From NCBI RefSeq assembly GCF_004342025.1, contig NZ_SLWN01000001.1:810788-834787 (forward strand): a DNA stretch of 24,000 bases, written 5' to 3'. The stretch comes from Kribbella steppae. GTDB lineage: Bacteria > Actinomycetota > Actinomycetes > Propionibacteriales > Kribbellaceae. The notes under the pieces are model-generated. The model ran no database searches. It saw nothing but the letters and a program-made list of their open reading frames with translations, and had not been told where the DNA came from. The position numbers were made by a program, and so were the translations under genes. Shown here one piece after another: positions 16,570 to 24,000 of this stretch (its first letter is position 1; each line of letters begins with the position of its first letter).

Positions 16570-17568
16570 ATGACCAAGGGTGTGCCGGGCCTGGAATCTG
16601 TCCGCGAACTGGCAGCGGTGGTCCGCGGCGGGTTCGTCGAGAGTCGCCACTTCGGGATCGCGGTCGCGGTCGATCCGGGCGGTACGCCGATCGTCACGGT
16701 CGGGGACGTGGACGCGGTGGTGTTGCCCCGGTCCACGACGAAGCCGCTGCAGGCGGTCGGGTGCATCGCGGCCGGCGCCTCGCTGTCGGGTGAGGAGACC
16801 GCGATCACGGCGGGCAGCCACACCGGCGAGGACCGGCATGTCGCCGTGGTGGACCGGATGTTGGCGGCCGCCGGGCTCGATCGAGGCGACCTGATGTGTC
16901 CGCCGGACCTGCCCCAGGACGAGGAGACCCGGAACCGGTTGATCGCCACCGGCATCGGTCCGTCCCGGGTACTGATGAACTGTTCGGGTAAGCACGCCGC
17001 GATGCTCGCGGCAACAGTTGCTACAGGCAACGACACGTCCGATTACCTCGATCCGGCCGGCCCGGTGCAGAAAGCGGTCACCGCGGAGATCGAGCGGTTG
17101 ACCGGGGCAACAACTGGGATCGTCACCGTGGACGGTTGCGGCGCTCCTCTGGTCGGCGTGCCGCTGCGCGGGCTGGCAGTCAGCTTCGGCCGGCTCGCCA
17201 CAGCTGCCGAGGGTACGGCGGAACACCAGGTCGCGGAGGCGATGCGGCAGTTCCCGGAGCACGTCGGCGGTCGCGGGCACCAGAACAGCCTGGTGATGCA
17301 GGCGCTGCCAGGCGTCATCGCCAAGGGCGGTGCGGAAGGCGTGATCGCGATGGCCGCGCCGGACGGTCACGCGGTGGCGGTCAAGGTGATCGACGGCAAT
17401 CAGCGGGCCACGACGGCGCTCGGCCTGATGCTGCTGAGCATGTGCGGCGTGGACGTCACCGCCGCCGCGGAACTGCTCGAGGTCCCGGTCCTTGGTGGCG
17501 GCCAACCCGTCGGCGCGATCGAACTCCAGCTTCAGCCGGCCCGCCGCGGCCGCTCGTCCTCGCGGTAG
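16570..17568 (+). CDS. L-asparaginase II family protein
   Basis: VVRGGFVESRHFGIAVAVD, VVLPRSTTKPLQAVGCIAAGA, AITAGSHTGEDRHVAVVDRML, VLMNCSGKHAAMLAA, TVDGCGAPLVGVPLRGLA. Confidence 0.9.
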   Translation: MTKGVPGLESVRELAAVVRGGFVESRHFGIAVAVDPGGTPIVTVGDVDAVVLPRSTTKPLQAVGCIAAGASLSGEETAITAGSHTGEDRHVAVVDRMLAAAGLDRGDLMCPPDLPQDEETRNRLIATGIGPSRVLMNCSGKHAAMLAATVATGNDTSDYLDPAGPVQKAVTAEIERLTGATTGIVTVDGCGAPLVGVPLRGLAVSFGRLATAAEGTAEHQVAEAMRQFPEHVGGRGHQNSLVMQALPGVIAKGGAEGVIAMAAPDGHAVAVKVIDGNQRATTALGLMLLSMCGVDVTAAAELLEVPVLGGGQPVGAIELQLQPARRGRSSSR

Positions 17569-17668
17569 CGGGTGCGCGTTAGCGGTAGCGGGTGCGCGTT
17601 AGCGGTAGCGGGTGCGCGTTAGCGGTAGCGGGTGCGCGTTAGCGGTAGCGGGTGCGCGTTAGCGGTAG
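17561..17668. repeat. Short tandem repeat, 5 full 20-bp units plus an 8-bp partial
   Basis: Unit AGCGGTAGCGGGTGCGCGTT at 17561 (first base C instead of A), 17581, 17601, 17621, 17641; partial AGCGGTAG at 17661-17668. All copies otherwise identical by eye. Confidence 0.97.
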
Positions 17669-18069
17669 AGGGCCAGGGCGCCGGTGAGGGAGTCGACGGC
17701 GGCGCGAGGGCCGTAGAGCCCGACGCCCAGATACTCGACGTCTTCGGCCTTGGTCCCGCTCAGGGTCGCGGACATCTGCTCGTAGGTCCGGGCGCGCTGG
17801 GCGATCTGGTGCATGTCGTGCACGGTGACGCCGTCCCGAGCCGCCGCCTGCGCGCGGAGGTCGTGCAGTTGTTCGGCGGTTGCCCGCAGTACCGGAATCG
17901 GGTGCGCACACATCCCGGTGTGCGGGTTGCCGGAAGCATCCTCGGTGTCCGGGCCGACCACGTCCTCGTGGTGGTCGCCGAGGGCGACGCCGAGCAGGGC
18001 GGCAGTGTTCAGGGCGACGCCGACCGGCGCCTCGGCCGCGATCACCACGACCATCTTGTTCGTCAGCAC
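17659..18069 (-). CDS. DUF2000-like domain protein
   Basis: MLTNKMVVVIAAEAPVGVALNTAALLGVALGDHHEDVVGPDTEDASGNPHTGMCAHPIPVLRATAEQLHDLRAQAAARDGVTVHDMHQIAQRARTYEQ...; GTG start at 18069. Confidence 0.75.
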   Translation of the reverse strand: MLTNKMVVVIAAEAPVGVALNTAALLGVALGDHHEDVVGPDTEDASGNPHTGMCAHPIPVLRATAEQLHDLRAQAAARDGVTVHDMHQIAQRARTYEQMSATLSGTKAEDVEYLGVGLYGPRAAVDSLTGALALYR

Positions 18070-18111
18070 GCAGTAGAACCTAGCCGCTTGGCCAGGATTC
18101 GCACCCGACTA

Positions 18112-18126
18112 CCGAACATCGTTCGG
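18112..18126. promoter_or_regulatory. 15-bp perfect inverted repeat, candidate AsnC/Lrp operator
   Basis: CCGAAC-ATC-GTTCGG in the 79-bp divergent intergenic region between the DUF2000-like and AsnC-family genes. It is immediately followed by a second palindrome overlapping by one base, GCAGATCTGC (18126-18135). Confidence 0.5.
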
Positions 18127-18148
18127 CAGATCTGCGAAACTTCCTGCT

Positions 18149-18607
18149 ATGGACGAACTTGATACGGCGCTGCTGCGGATGCTGCAGAACGACGCGCGCC
18201 GGACCAACCGGGATATGGCCGCCGAGCTCGGCATCGCGCCGTCCACCTGCCTGGAGCGGATCCGCGGCCTGCGCGACCGCGGGGTGATCAGCGGCTACCA
18301 CGCCGAGGTCGACCTGAAGGCGATCGACCGGTCCACCGAGGCGATCATCTCGATCAAGCTCCGCCCGCAGGCGATGGCGGTGGCGACCGCGTTCCAGGAC
18401 TACGTCAACCAGTTGCCGGAGACGCTGGCGATGTTCATGGTGTCGGGTGCGTCCGACTTCCTCGCGCATGTCGCGGTCAAGGACACCCGGGCGTTGCGCG
18501 ACCTGGTCCTCGCGCTGGCCAAACGGCAGGAGATCGCCGACATCCGCAGCTCGGTCGTCTTCGAGCACCACCGCCGTACGACGATCATGCCCCTACCGGA
18601 GCGCTAA
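18149..18607 (+). CDS. Lrp/AsnC-family transcriptional regulator
   Basis: MDELDTALLRMLQNDARRTNRDMAAELGIAPSTCLERIRGLRDRGVISGYHAEVD, followed by a RAM/AsnC ligand-binding domain pattern. Confidence 0.92.
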   Translation: MDELDTALLRMLQNDARRTNRDMAAELGIAPSTCLERIRGLRDRGVISGYHAEVDLKAIDRSTEAIISIKLRPQAMAVATAFQDYVNQLPETLAMFMVSGASDFLAHVAVKDTRALRDLVLALAKRQEIADIRSSVVFEHHRRTTIMPLPER

Positions 18608-19432
18608 CAGCTTGTCCGGATTCGCCTGGACCCGGATGGCGACGATCTGGCCACCGTCGAACTCCAGGTCGAGGACGTGCCGGAACGCCGGCACGCGCAC
18701 CTCCAGCGCCGGCCCGGTCACCAGTTCGAGCGGTACGACGCTCACCTCGCCGCGCGCGTAGATCCGGCTGAAGAACTTGGCCACCTGCTCCCGTCCGGTC
18801 ACCGGCTTGCGCGCGACCCGGGGCATGCCGCCGCCGTCACTCCACTCGGTCACCGACTCCTTGAGCATCGACTCGAGCCGGACGAGATCACCGTCGCGCG
18901 CCGCCGAGACGAAGTCGAGCAGCAATCGCTGCTGCTCCACCGGTGACGGCTCGAACCGCGATCCCTCGCGCCCGAGCGCCTTGCTCGCCCGCGTGTGCAA
19001 CTGCCGGCAGTCCTCCGCGGACCGCCCGAGGATCTCCGCGATCTCGTCGTACGGGAGAACGAACGCAGTCCGCAGTACGTAGACCGCACGCTGCGGCGGG
19101 GTGAGCCGCTCCATCAGATGCAGTACAGCGAGGGACAGGTCGGAGGTGTCGACCGAGGCGAACGGGTCCGACGGCGCCGGCTCGGGTAGCCACTCCCCCA
19201 GATAGCTCTCGCGCCGCGCCTGACGAGTCCGCAGTACATCGATCGCGAGCCGCGTCACCACCCTGGTCAGGTAGCGACGCGGCTCGAGCACCTGCGCGCG
19301 GTCCACACCGGACCACCGCACGTACGCCTCCTGCAGCACGTCCTCGGTGTCCTGCCAGCTCCCGAGCAGCCGGTACGCGAGGCTCGCGAGCATGCCGCGC
19401 GCCGACTGGAACTCGGGCAGAGTGCTGGTCAA
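18593..19432 (-). CDS. ECF RNA polymerase sigma factor of the ECF41 (SigJ-like) type with SnoaL-like C-terminal extension
   Basis: Sigma2 (LASLAYRLLGSWQDTEDVLQEAYVRWS), sigma4 (LTPPQRAVYVLRTAFVLPYDEIAEILGRSAEDCRQLHTRA), and the ECF41-associated signatures WLPEP, SDGGG and NPDKL. TTG start at 19432. Confidence 0.9.
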   Translation of the reverse strand: MTSTLPEFQSARGMLASLAYRLLGSWQDTEDVLQEAYVRWSGVDRAQVLEPRRYLTRVVTRLAIDVLRTRQARRESYLGEWLPEPAPSDPFASVDTSDLSLAVLHLMERLTPPQRAVYVLRTAFVLPYDEIAEILGRSAEDCRQLHTRASKALGREGSRFEPSPVEQQRLLLDFVSAARDGDLVRLESMLKESVTEWSDGGGMPRVARKPVTGREQVAKFFSRIYARGEVSVVPLELVTGPALEVRVPAFRHVLDLEFDGGQIVAIRVQANPDKLLALR

Positions 19433-19872
19433 GCGGCGAGCACCGGCTGCTTCCTGCTCGTGATCGTCAGACGGTTCCACAGGTTGATGGTCCCAATCGC
19501 GAGGAGCACGTTCGCAGCCCCCTCCTCCCCGAACTGCTCGACCACGCCGTCCCACACCTCGTCCGGTATGCCGGTCCGGCCGAGCAGGGTGACCGCGTCG
19601 GTCAGGGCCAGCGCCGCCCGCTCGCGCTCGTCGTAGAAGGAGGATTCCCGCCAGGCCGCCAGCCCGAACAGGCGTTGGGTGCTCTCGCCGTCCTTGAGGG
19701 CGTCCGTGGTGTGCATGTCCACGCAGTATGCGCACTCGTTGACCATCGAGGCCCGCACCTTGATCAGGTACAGCACCGTGTGGTCCAGGGCGCCCTGGAC
19801 GTACTTCTCCAGGCCGAACACGGCCCGGAAGCCGGCCGGCGCGACTTTGCTGATATCGATTCGCTGTTCCAT
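19429..19872 (-). CDS. Carboxymuconolactone decarboxylase / alkylhydroperoxidase (AhpD)-like protein
   Basis: MEQRIDISKVAPAGFRAVFGLEKYVQG..., redox motif ECAYCVDMHTTDA (CxxC plus His). ATG at 19872. Confidence 0.9.
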   Translation of the reverse strand: MEQRIDISKVAPAGFRAVFGLEKYVQGALDHTVLYLIKVRASMVNECAYCVDMHTTDALKDGESTQRLFGLAAWRESSFYDERERAALALTDAVTLLGRTGIPDEVWDGVVEQFGEEGAANVLLAIGTINLWNRLTITSRKQPVLAA

Positions 19873-19880
19873 ACCGACAC

Positions 19881-19908
19881 GACGGGCGCCCACCGGCCTG
19901 ACGTGACA
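19881..19908 (-). promoter_or_regulatory. Candidate ECF41-dependent promoter
   Basis: Minus strand reads TGTCACG-N17-CGTC (TGTCACG at 19908-19902, CGTC at 19884-19881), matching the known ECF41 target signature TGTCACA-N16/17-CGTC. It lies directly upstream of the AhpD-like start. Confidence 0.75.
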
Positions 19909-19927
19909 CCGGCGGCTGTGACTCCGG

Positions 19928-20695
19928 TCACGCGCCTTTCTTGAGCACCTGCTGGGCCTTGGAGACCGCGGCTTCGGTGGCGCCCTCGAGTTCACCTTCC
20001 TGACCGGCCAGCAAGGTGACGGAGACGACGACGTCCTCGACGCCCGTGGTGGCTGCGGTGAACTCCAGACCGCGGCGCGAACCGGAGGTGGCGGTGAGGC
20101 GGAAGGCGAACGGGTCCATGCCGAACTGCGGAGCGGAGATCTCCTCGACCTTCATCGAGTAGGTGCCCTCGCCGATCTTCATCGTCACCTTCGGGCAGGA
20201 GGTGACCGCCTTCTTGTACGCGTGCTGCAGGTAGGCGACCTCGTCCTTGTTGCCCATCGCATCGATTCCGAAGTCGAGGAACGTCCCCTCCTGTCCGGCC
20301 GAGAACGAGCGGTGCGTGGTGGCCTTGGCTCCCGGCGCCTCGGTGGCGTTGAGGAATTTGACCAGCGTCTTGCACTTGCTGCTCGTCGACGAGAACGGCT
20401 TCTCGGCGTCGCCGGCCGGTTCGTCCTTCTCCAACTGGTAGCCGTCGGGCAGATCGGCGATCTCGAGCAGCGCCTTGGCGAGCTCGGCCGAGGTGCGCTT
20501 GACCGCGACGGCCGGCGTCCCGCTCACATCAGGTGTCTCTGGCGTGACGGTCGGCGTCGGCGTGCTCGCGGCCGGATCCGACTGAGCGGCGTCCTTGTCG
20601 TCGCCACCGCAGGCGGTCAGCGACAAGCTGAGAGCGGTGACAAGGACGAGCGGAAACGACCCGCCGCGCCGGAGGCGTGGCATCGATAGAGTCAT
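19928..20695 (-). CDS. Putative lipoprotein, function unknown
   Basis: MTLSMPRLRRGGSFPLVLVTALSLSLTACGGDDKDAAQ: signal peptide plus lipobox (LTAC). ATG chosen at 20695; ORF track over-extends to 20848. Confidence 0.8.
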   Translation of the reverse strand: MTLSMPRLRRGGSFPLVLVTALSLSLTACGGDDKDAAQSDPAASTPTPTVTPETPDVSGTPAVAVKRTSAELAKALLEIADLPDGYQLEKDEPAGDAEKPFSSTSSKCKTLVKFLNATEAPGAKATTHRSFSAGQEGTFLDFGIDAMGNKDEVAYLQHAYKKAVTSCPKVTMKIGEGTYSMKVEEISAPQFGMDPFAFRLTATSGSRRGLEFTAATTGVEDVVVSVTLLAGQEGELEGATEAAVSKAQQVLKKGA

Positions 20696-20756
20696 GGAAC
20701 TCCCAGAACCTTTGAGGGCCGGGCGGACCCACCGGTGGTCGAGCAGGCAGCAGCGT

Positions 20757-20772
20757 ACCTGACCCGTCAGGT
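20757..20772 (-). terminator. Hairpin downstream of rodA, possible terminator
   Basis: ACCTGA-CCCG-TCAGGT: 6-bp perfect stem with 4-nt loop, ~33 nt after the rodA stop. No T-tract, so weak. Confidence 0.25.
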
Positions 20773-20804
20773 CTCTTCGTGCCAAGCCGGGTGACCCCGG
20801 CGCG

Positions 20805-21974
20805 TCAGAAGCGATGCGAGCGCAGGTGGATGTTCTGGAGTAGACCAATGGCGAGCAAACACGCGAACATCGACGAGCCGCCGTAGGAGACGAACGGGAG
20901 CGGCAGCCCGGTGACCGGCATGATTCCGAGCGTCATCCCGATGTTCTCGAACGCCTGGAACGCGAACCAGCACACGATTCCGGTCGCCACCAGCCGGCCG
21001 AACGCGTCCCGCGCGTTGATCGCGATCCGCAGCCCCCGCAGCAGCACCAGCGCGAACAGCACGATGATCGCGCCGGCCCCGATCAGCCCGAGCTCCTCCC
21101 CCGCGACAGTGAAGACGAAGTCGGTGTGCTGCTCGGGCACGAACGCGTTCTGCGTCTGGCCGCCGTGGAACAGCCCTTGGCCGAACACACCGCCGTTGCC
21201 GATCGCGATCCGGGCCTGGTTCACGTTGTACCCGATGCCCTGCGGGTCCTGGGACGGATCCGCGAACGCGATGAACCGGGCCAACTGGTAGTCCTTCAGC
21301 ACCTGCAACTTGATCGCCAGCGCCGCCACCACCACACCCGCGGTCACCAGTCCAAGCATCCAGCGCTTCGGTACGCCGGAGACCGCGATGATCCCGAACA
21401 CGATCGAGCCGAGCACCATCACCGTGCCCAGGTCGGGCTGCAGCATCACCAGCACCACCGGTACGGCGGCGACCCCGATCGCCTGCGCGACGTCGACGGT
21501 CCGGGCTGTGTCGTGGTGGTCGGTCTCGCCCTTCTCGGCGATCAGCAGCGCCATCCCGACGATCACCGCCAGCTTGGCGAACTCACTGGGCTGGATCGAC
21601 ATCCAGGGCAGCTGGATCCACGACCGCGAACCGTTGATCACGGCACCGACCCCGGGCACCAGGACCAGGATCAGCCCGACGACCGAAGCGGCATACAGGA
21701 CTGGGGCGAGGATGCGGACCCGGCGGGGGTCGGTGACGGCGGCGCCGATCGCGAGCACCAGGCCGATGGCGAAGTTGAGCGCGTGCCGAAGCAGGAAGGC
21801 GTACTGGTTCCCATCGGTCAGCGAGGTCCGCCCGTGGGTCGCGGACCAGATCAGCATCGCGCCGATCGACGACAGCGCGACCACACCGAGCACCAGGACC
21901 CAGTCCACGTGCCACACCGTCGACCGCCGGTCCATCCGCGGTCTGGTCCGGATGGGCGTCAGCAGCGCCATCAT
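20805..21974 (-). CDS. rodA: Rod shape-determining SEDS protein RodA (peptidoglycan polymerase)
   Basis: Polytopic; HVDWVLVLGVVALSSIGAMLIWSAT, NGSRSWIQLPWMSIQPSEFAKLA, MLQPDLGTVMVLG, FVPEQHTDFVFTVAGEELG, GLPLPFVSYGGSSMFA. Confidence 0.95.
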   Translation of the reverse strand: MMALLTPIRTRPRMDRRSTVWHVDWVLVLGVVALSSIGAMLIWSATHGRTSLTDGNQYAFLLRHALNFAIGLVLAIGAAVTDPRRVRILAPVLYAASVVGLILVLVPGVGAVINGSRSWIQLPWMSIQPSEFAKLAVIVGMALLIAEKGETDHHDTARTVDVAQAIGVAAVPVVLVMLQPDLGTVMVLGSIVFGIIAVSGVPKRWMLGLVTAGVVVAALAIKLQVLKDYQLARFIAFADPSQDPQGIGYNVNQARIAIGNGGVFGQGLFHGGQTQNAFVPEQHTDFVFTVAGEELGLIGAGAIIVLFALVLLRGLRIAINARDAFGRLVATGIVCWFAFQAFENIGMTLGIMPVTGLPLPFVSYGGSSMFACLLAIGLLQNIHLRSHRF

Positions 21975-21981
21975 CGCGACC

Positions 21982-24000
21982 TCATGGTGTCGGCTGCTTC
22001 GGCTGCTCGGCCGGCGGCGTCGGCTTGATGTTGTAGAGCGTCTCGTAGATCTTGCGGACCGCCTCACCACCGGCGCCCGAACCCGTACCGGCCTGGCTGA
22101 TCATCATCACCACGGCATAGCGGTCCGTGTACGACGCCATCCACGAGGTGGTCTGTTTGCCGTAGACCTCCGCCGTACCGGTCTTGGCCCGGATCTGCAC
22201 CTGGTCGACCGGGAACCCGTTGAACTTCCAGGCCGCCGTACCGGTCTTGACCGTCTCCTTCAGGGACCGGTCGATATAGCGCAGCGTCGCCGCCGACACC
22301 GGCAGCTTCGAGTTCACCTTCGGCTTGATCTCGTGCGGCTTGCCGTTCGCGCCGATCCACGACTGCACGACCCGCGGGGAGTACAGCGTCCCGCCGTTCG
22401 ACAGTGCCGAGTAGACCGTTGCCAATTGCAGCGGGGTCAGCGTGGTATCGCCCTGGCCGATGGCGAAGTTCACCGCATCGCCGGCGCGGTACTTGTAGCC
22501 GTCGACGCAGAACTCACGCGAGAACTGCTTCAGGAACGCCGAGGTCCCGGCCGGCGGATTGTCCGCGAGCTTGCAGTAGTAGTCCTTCTGCGAGTCGTAG
22601 TACTGCTTCTTCCACTTGCGGTCCGCGATCCGGCCGCTGACCTCGCCGGGCAGGTCGACCCCGGTCGGCTTGCCGAGGCCGAACTTCTGCGCCATCTCGA
22701 CCAGCGGGTCGCGGGTGCTGACGTCGCTGGAGTTGCCGCCCTCCTTCAGCCAGAGCGCGTACGCGATCCGGTAGAAGAAGGTGTCGCAGGACAGCGCGAG
22801 CGCCTGGTCGAAGCCGATCATCCCGTAGGACGCGGACTCGTAGTTCTTGAACCGGCGGTTGCCGACCTCGAAGTACGACGAGCAGTCCAGCCGGGTCTTG
22901 GTGCTGTACCCGGCGCCCATCGCGGCCGCGGTGGTGATCGGCTTGAACGTCGATCCGGGAGCCAGCTGTCCCTGCACGGCTCGCGAGACCAGCGGGGTGC
23001 CGGACTTCGTCGAGTACAACGCGTCCAGCTCGCGCTGGGTGATACCGCCGACCCAGACACCCGGGTCGTACGTCGGGTAGCTGGCCATCGCGACGATCCG
23101 GCCGGTCTTGGTGTCCATCACGACCGCGGCACCGGAGTCGGCGACGTACTTGCGCTTGGTGATCTTGTCGTACTGCTTCCGCGCGGTCATGATCGCGGTG
23201 CGCAGTTGCGCCTCGACCGACGCCTGGATCCGCGCGTCGATCGTGGTCACCAGGGTGGCGCCAGGCACCGGCGCGGTCTGCTTCCGGACGCCGGTGGTGT
23301 ACCCGACCGCGTCGACGATGACGTCCTTGACGCCCGGCGAACCGCGCAGGAGCTTGTCGTACGTGCGCTCGACACCGGCCCGGCCGACCAGGTCGGAACG
23401 GTGCGGCACCGAGTCCTGACCGGCCTTCTCCAGGTCGTCCAGTTCCTCGGTCGTGATCGGTGAGAGGTAGCCGAGGATGTGGGCGGCATTCATCTTGAGC
23501 GGTGAGGGATACGCGCGCAGCGTCTGCGATTCCGCGGCGACGCCCGGGAAGTCCTCGCGGCGTTCCATCACCTCGATCGCGACCTGCTCGTTGACGTCCT
23601 TCGCCACCGGGATCGGCTGGTACGGCGTACCGTTCCAGCACGCCGGCGGTTTCGAGGCACCGGGCTCACCGCACAGCATCGTCCGCGCCTTGAGGTCCCT
23701 CGGCTTCTGGCCGAGCACCTTCGCCAGCCGGACGATCACCACGTTCTGCTGGCTCTCCGGCAGTTTCGCGAGCACCGAACGGTCGACGGTGATGACCAGC
23801 GACACCCGGTTGCCGACCAGCGTGCGACCTTGCGAGTCGACGATCGTGCCGCGCGGCGCCGGCACCAGCACCTGACGGGTGTGGTTCTGCGTCGCGGCCT
23901 GGGTGTAGTCCGCGTTGGACATCACCTGCATGTACCAGAGCCGCCCGAACAACGTGGAGAACAACGAGAAAACCAGCACGCCGATCACGAACAACCGCAG
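21982..24000 (-). CDS. mrdA: Penicillin-binding protein 2 (transpeptidase), 5' end outside the window
   Basis: RGTIVDSQGRTLV, QLAPGSTFKPITTAAAM (SxxK), ALSCDTFFYRIA (SxN-type region), RAKTGTAEVYG (KTG). Reading frame is still open at the window edge. Confidence 0.95.
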   Translation of the reverse strand: MRLFVIGVLVFSLFSTLFGRLWYMQVMSNADYTQAATQNHTRQVLVPAPRGTIVDSQGRTLVGNRVSLVITVDRSVLAKLPESQQNVVIVRLAKVLGQKPRDLKARTMLCGEPGASKPPACWNGTPYQPIPVAKDVNEQVAIEVMERREDFPGVAAESQTLRAYPSPLKMNAAHILGYLSPITTEELDDLEKAGQDSVPHRSDLVGRAGVERTYDKLLRGSPGVKDVIVDAVGYTTGVRKQTAPVPGATLVTTIDARIQASVEAQLRTAIMTARKQYDKITKRKYVADSGAAVVMDTKTGRIVAMASYPTYDPGVWVGGITQRELDALYSTKSGTPLVSRAVQGQLAPGSTFKPITTAAAMGAGYSTKTRLDCSSYFEVGNRRFKNYESASYGMIGFDQALALSCDTFFYRIAYALWLKEGGNSSDVSTRDPLVEMAQKFGLGKPTGVDLPGEVSGRIADRKWKKQYYDSQKDYYCKLADNPPAGTSAFLKQFSREFCVDGYKYRAGDAVNFAIGQGDTTLTPLQLATVYSALSNGGTLYSPRVVQSWIGANGKPHEIKPKVNSKLPVSAATLRYIDRSLKETVKTGTAAWKFNGFPVDQVQIRAKTGTAEVYGKQTTSWMASYTDRYAVVMMISQAGTGSGAGGEAVRKIYETLYNIKPTPPAEQPKQPTP

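Noticed and set aside
17561-17668. CRISPR-like array
   Set aside because: Direct 20-bp head-to-tail repeat with no spacers, no leader and no cas genes in the window; it is a simple tandem repeat.
7461-20804. Whole middle region as a mobile genomic island or prophage
   Set aside because: No integrase, transposase, att-like direct repeats, tRNA or phage structural genes were seen. Only the synteny argument remains, which is reported separately as a hypothesis.
21310-23463. 717-aa plus-strand ORF opposite rodA and mrdA
   Set aside because: Spans two highly conserved cell-wall genes on the other strand; composition is that of an antisense frame.

Overview
This is a high-GC actinobacterial chromosomal window. 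The gene content and style resemble Kribbella/Nocardioides-type organisms, which is an inference and not a database result. It contains about 19 supported coding regions. Left flank: secreted M64-type peptidase (partial), PlsC-like acyltransferase, pheA, an N-terminally clipped LacI-family protein, a GNAT protein and a TIGR03960-type radical SAM protein. Middle: a tightly packed minus-strand cluster (13247->7922) that encodes an M43-type metallopeptidase with a glycine-rich segment and seven ~48-aa PLL-like beta-propeller repeats. The cluster continues with a 99-aa protein that probably starts at CTG in a CTGA overlap, an M28 peptidase ending in one orphan propeller repeat, and a protein-phosphatase/HAD hydrolase fusion. 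Next comes a standalone macro-like domain fused to a KAP-type P-loop NTPase with inserted transmembrane helices, the best candidate for an undescribed signalling or defence-like protein. Right flank: alpha/beta hydrolase, L-asparaginase II, a perfect 20-bp tandem repeat that holds both convergent stop codons, a DUF2000-like protein, an AsnC/Lrp regulator with a 15-bp palindrome in its divergent promoter, an ECF41-like sigma factor operon with a near-canonical ECF41 promoter, a lipoprotein, and rodA/PBP2. No rRNA, tRNA, CRISPR array, transposase or integrase was recognised.
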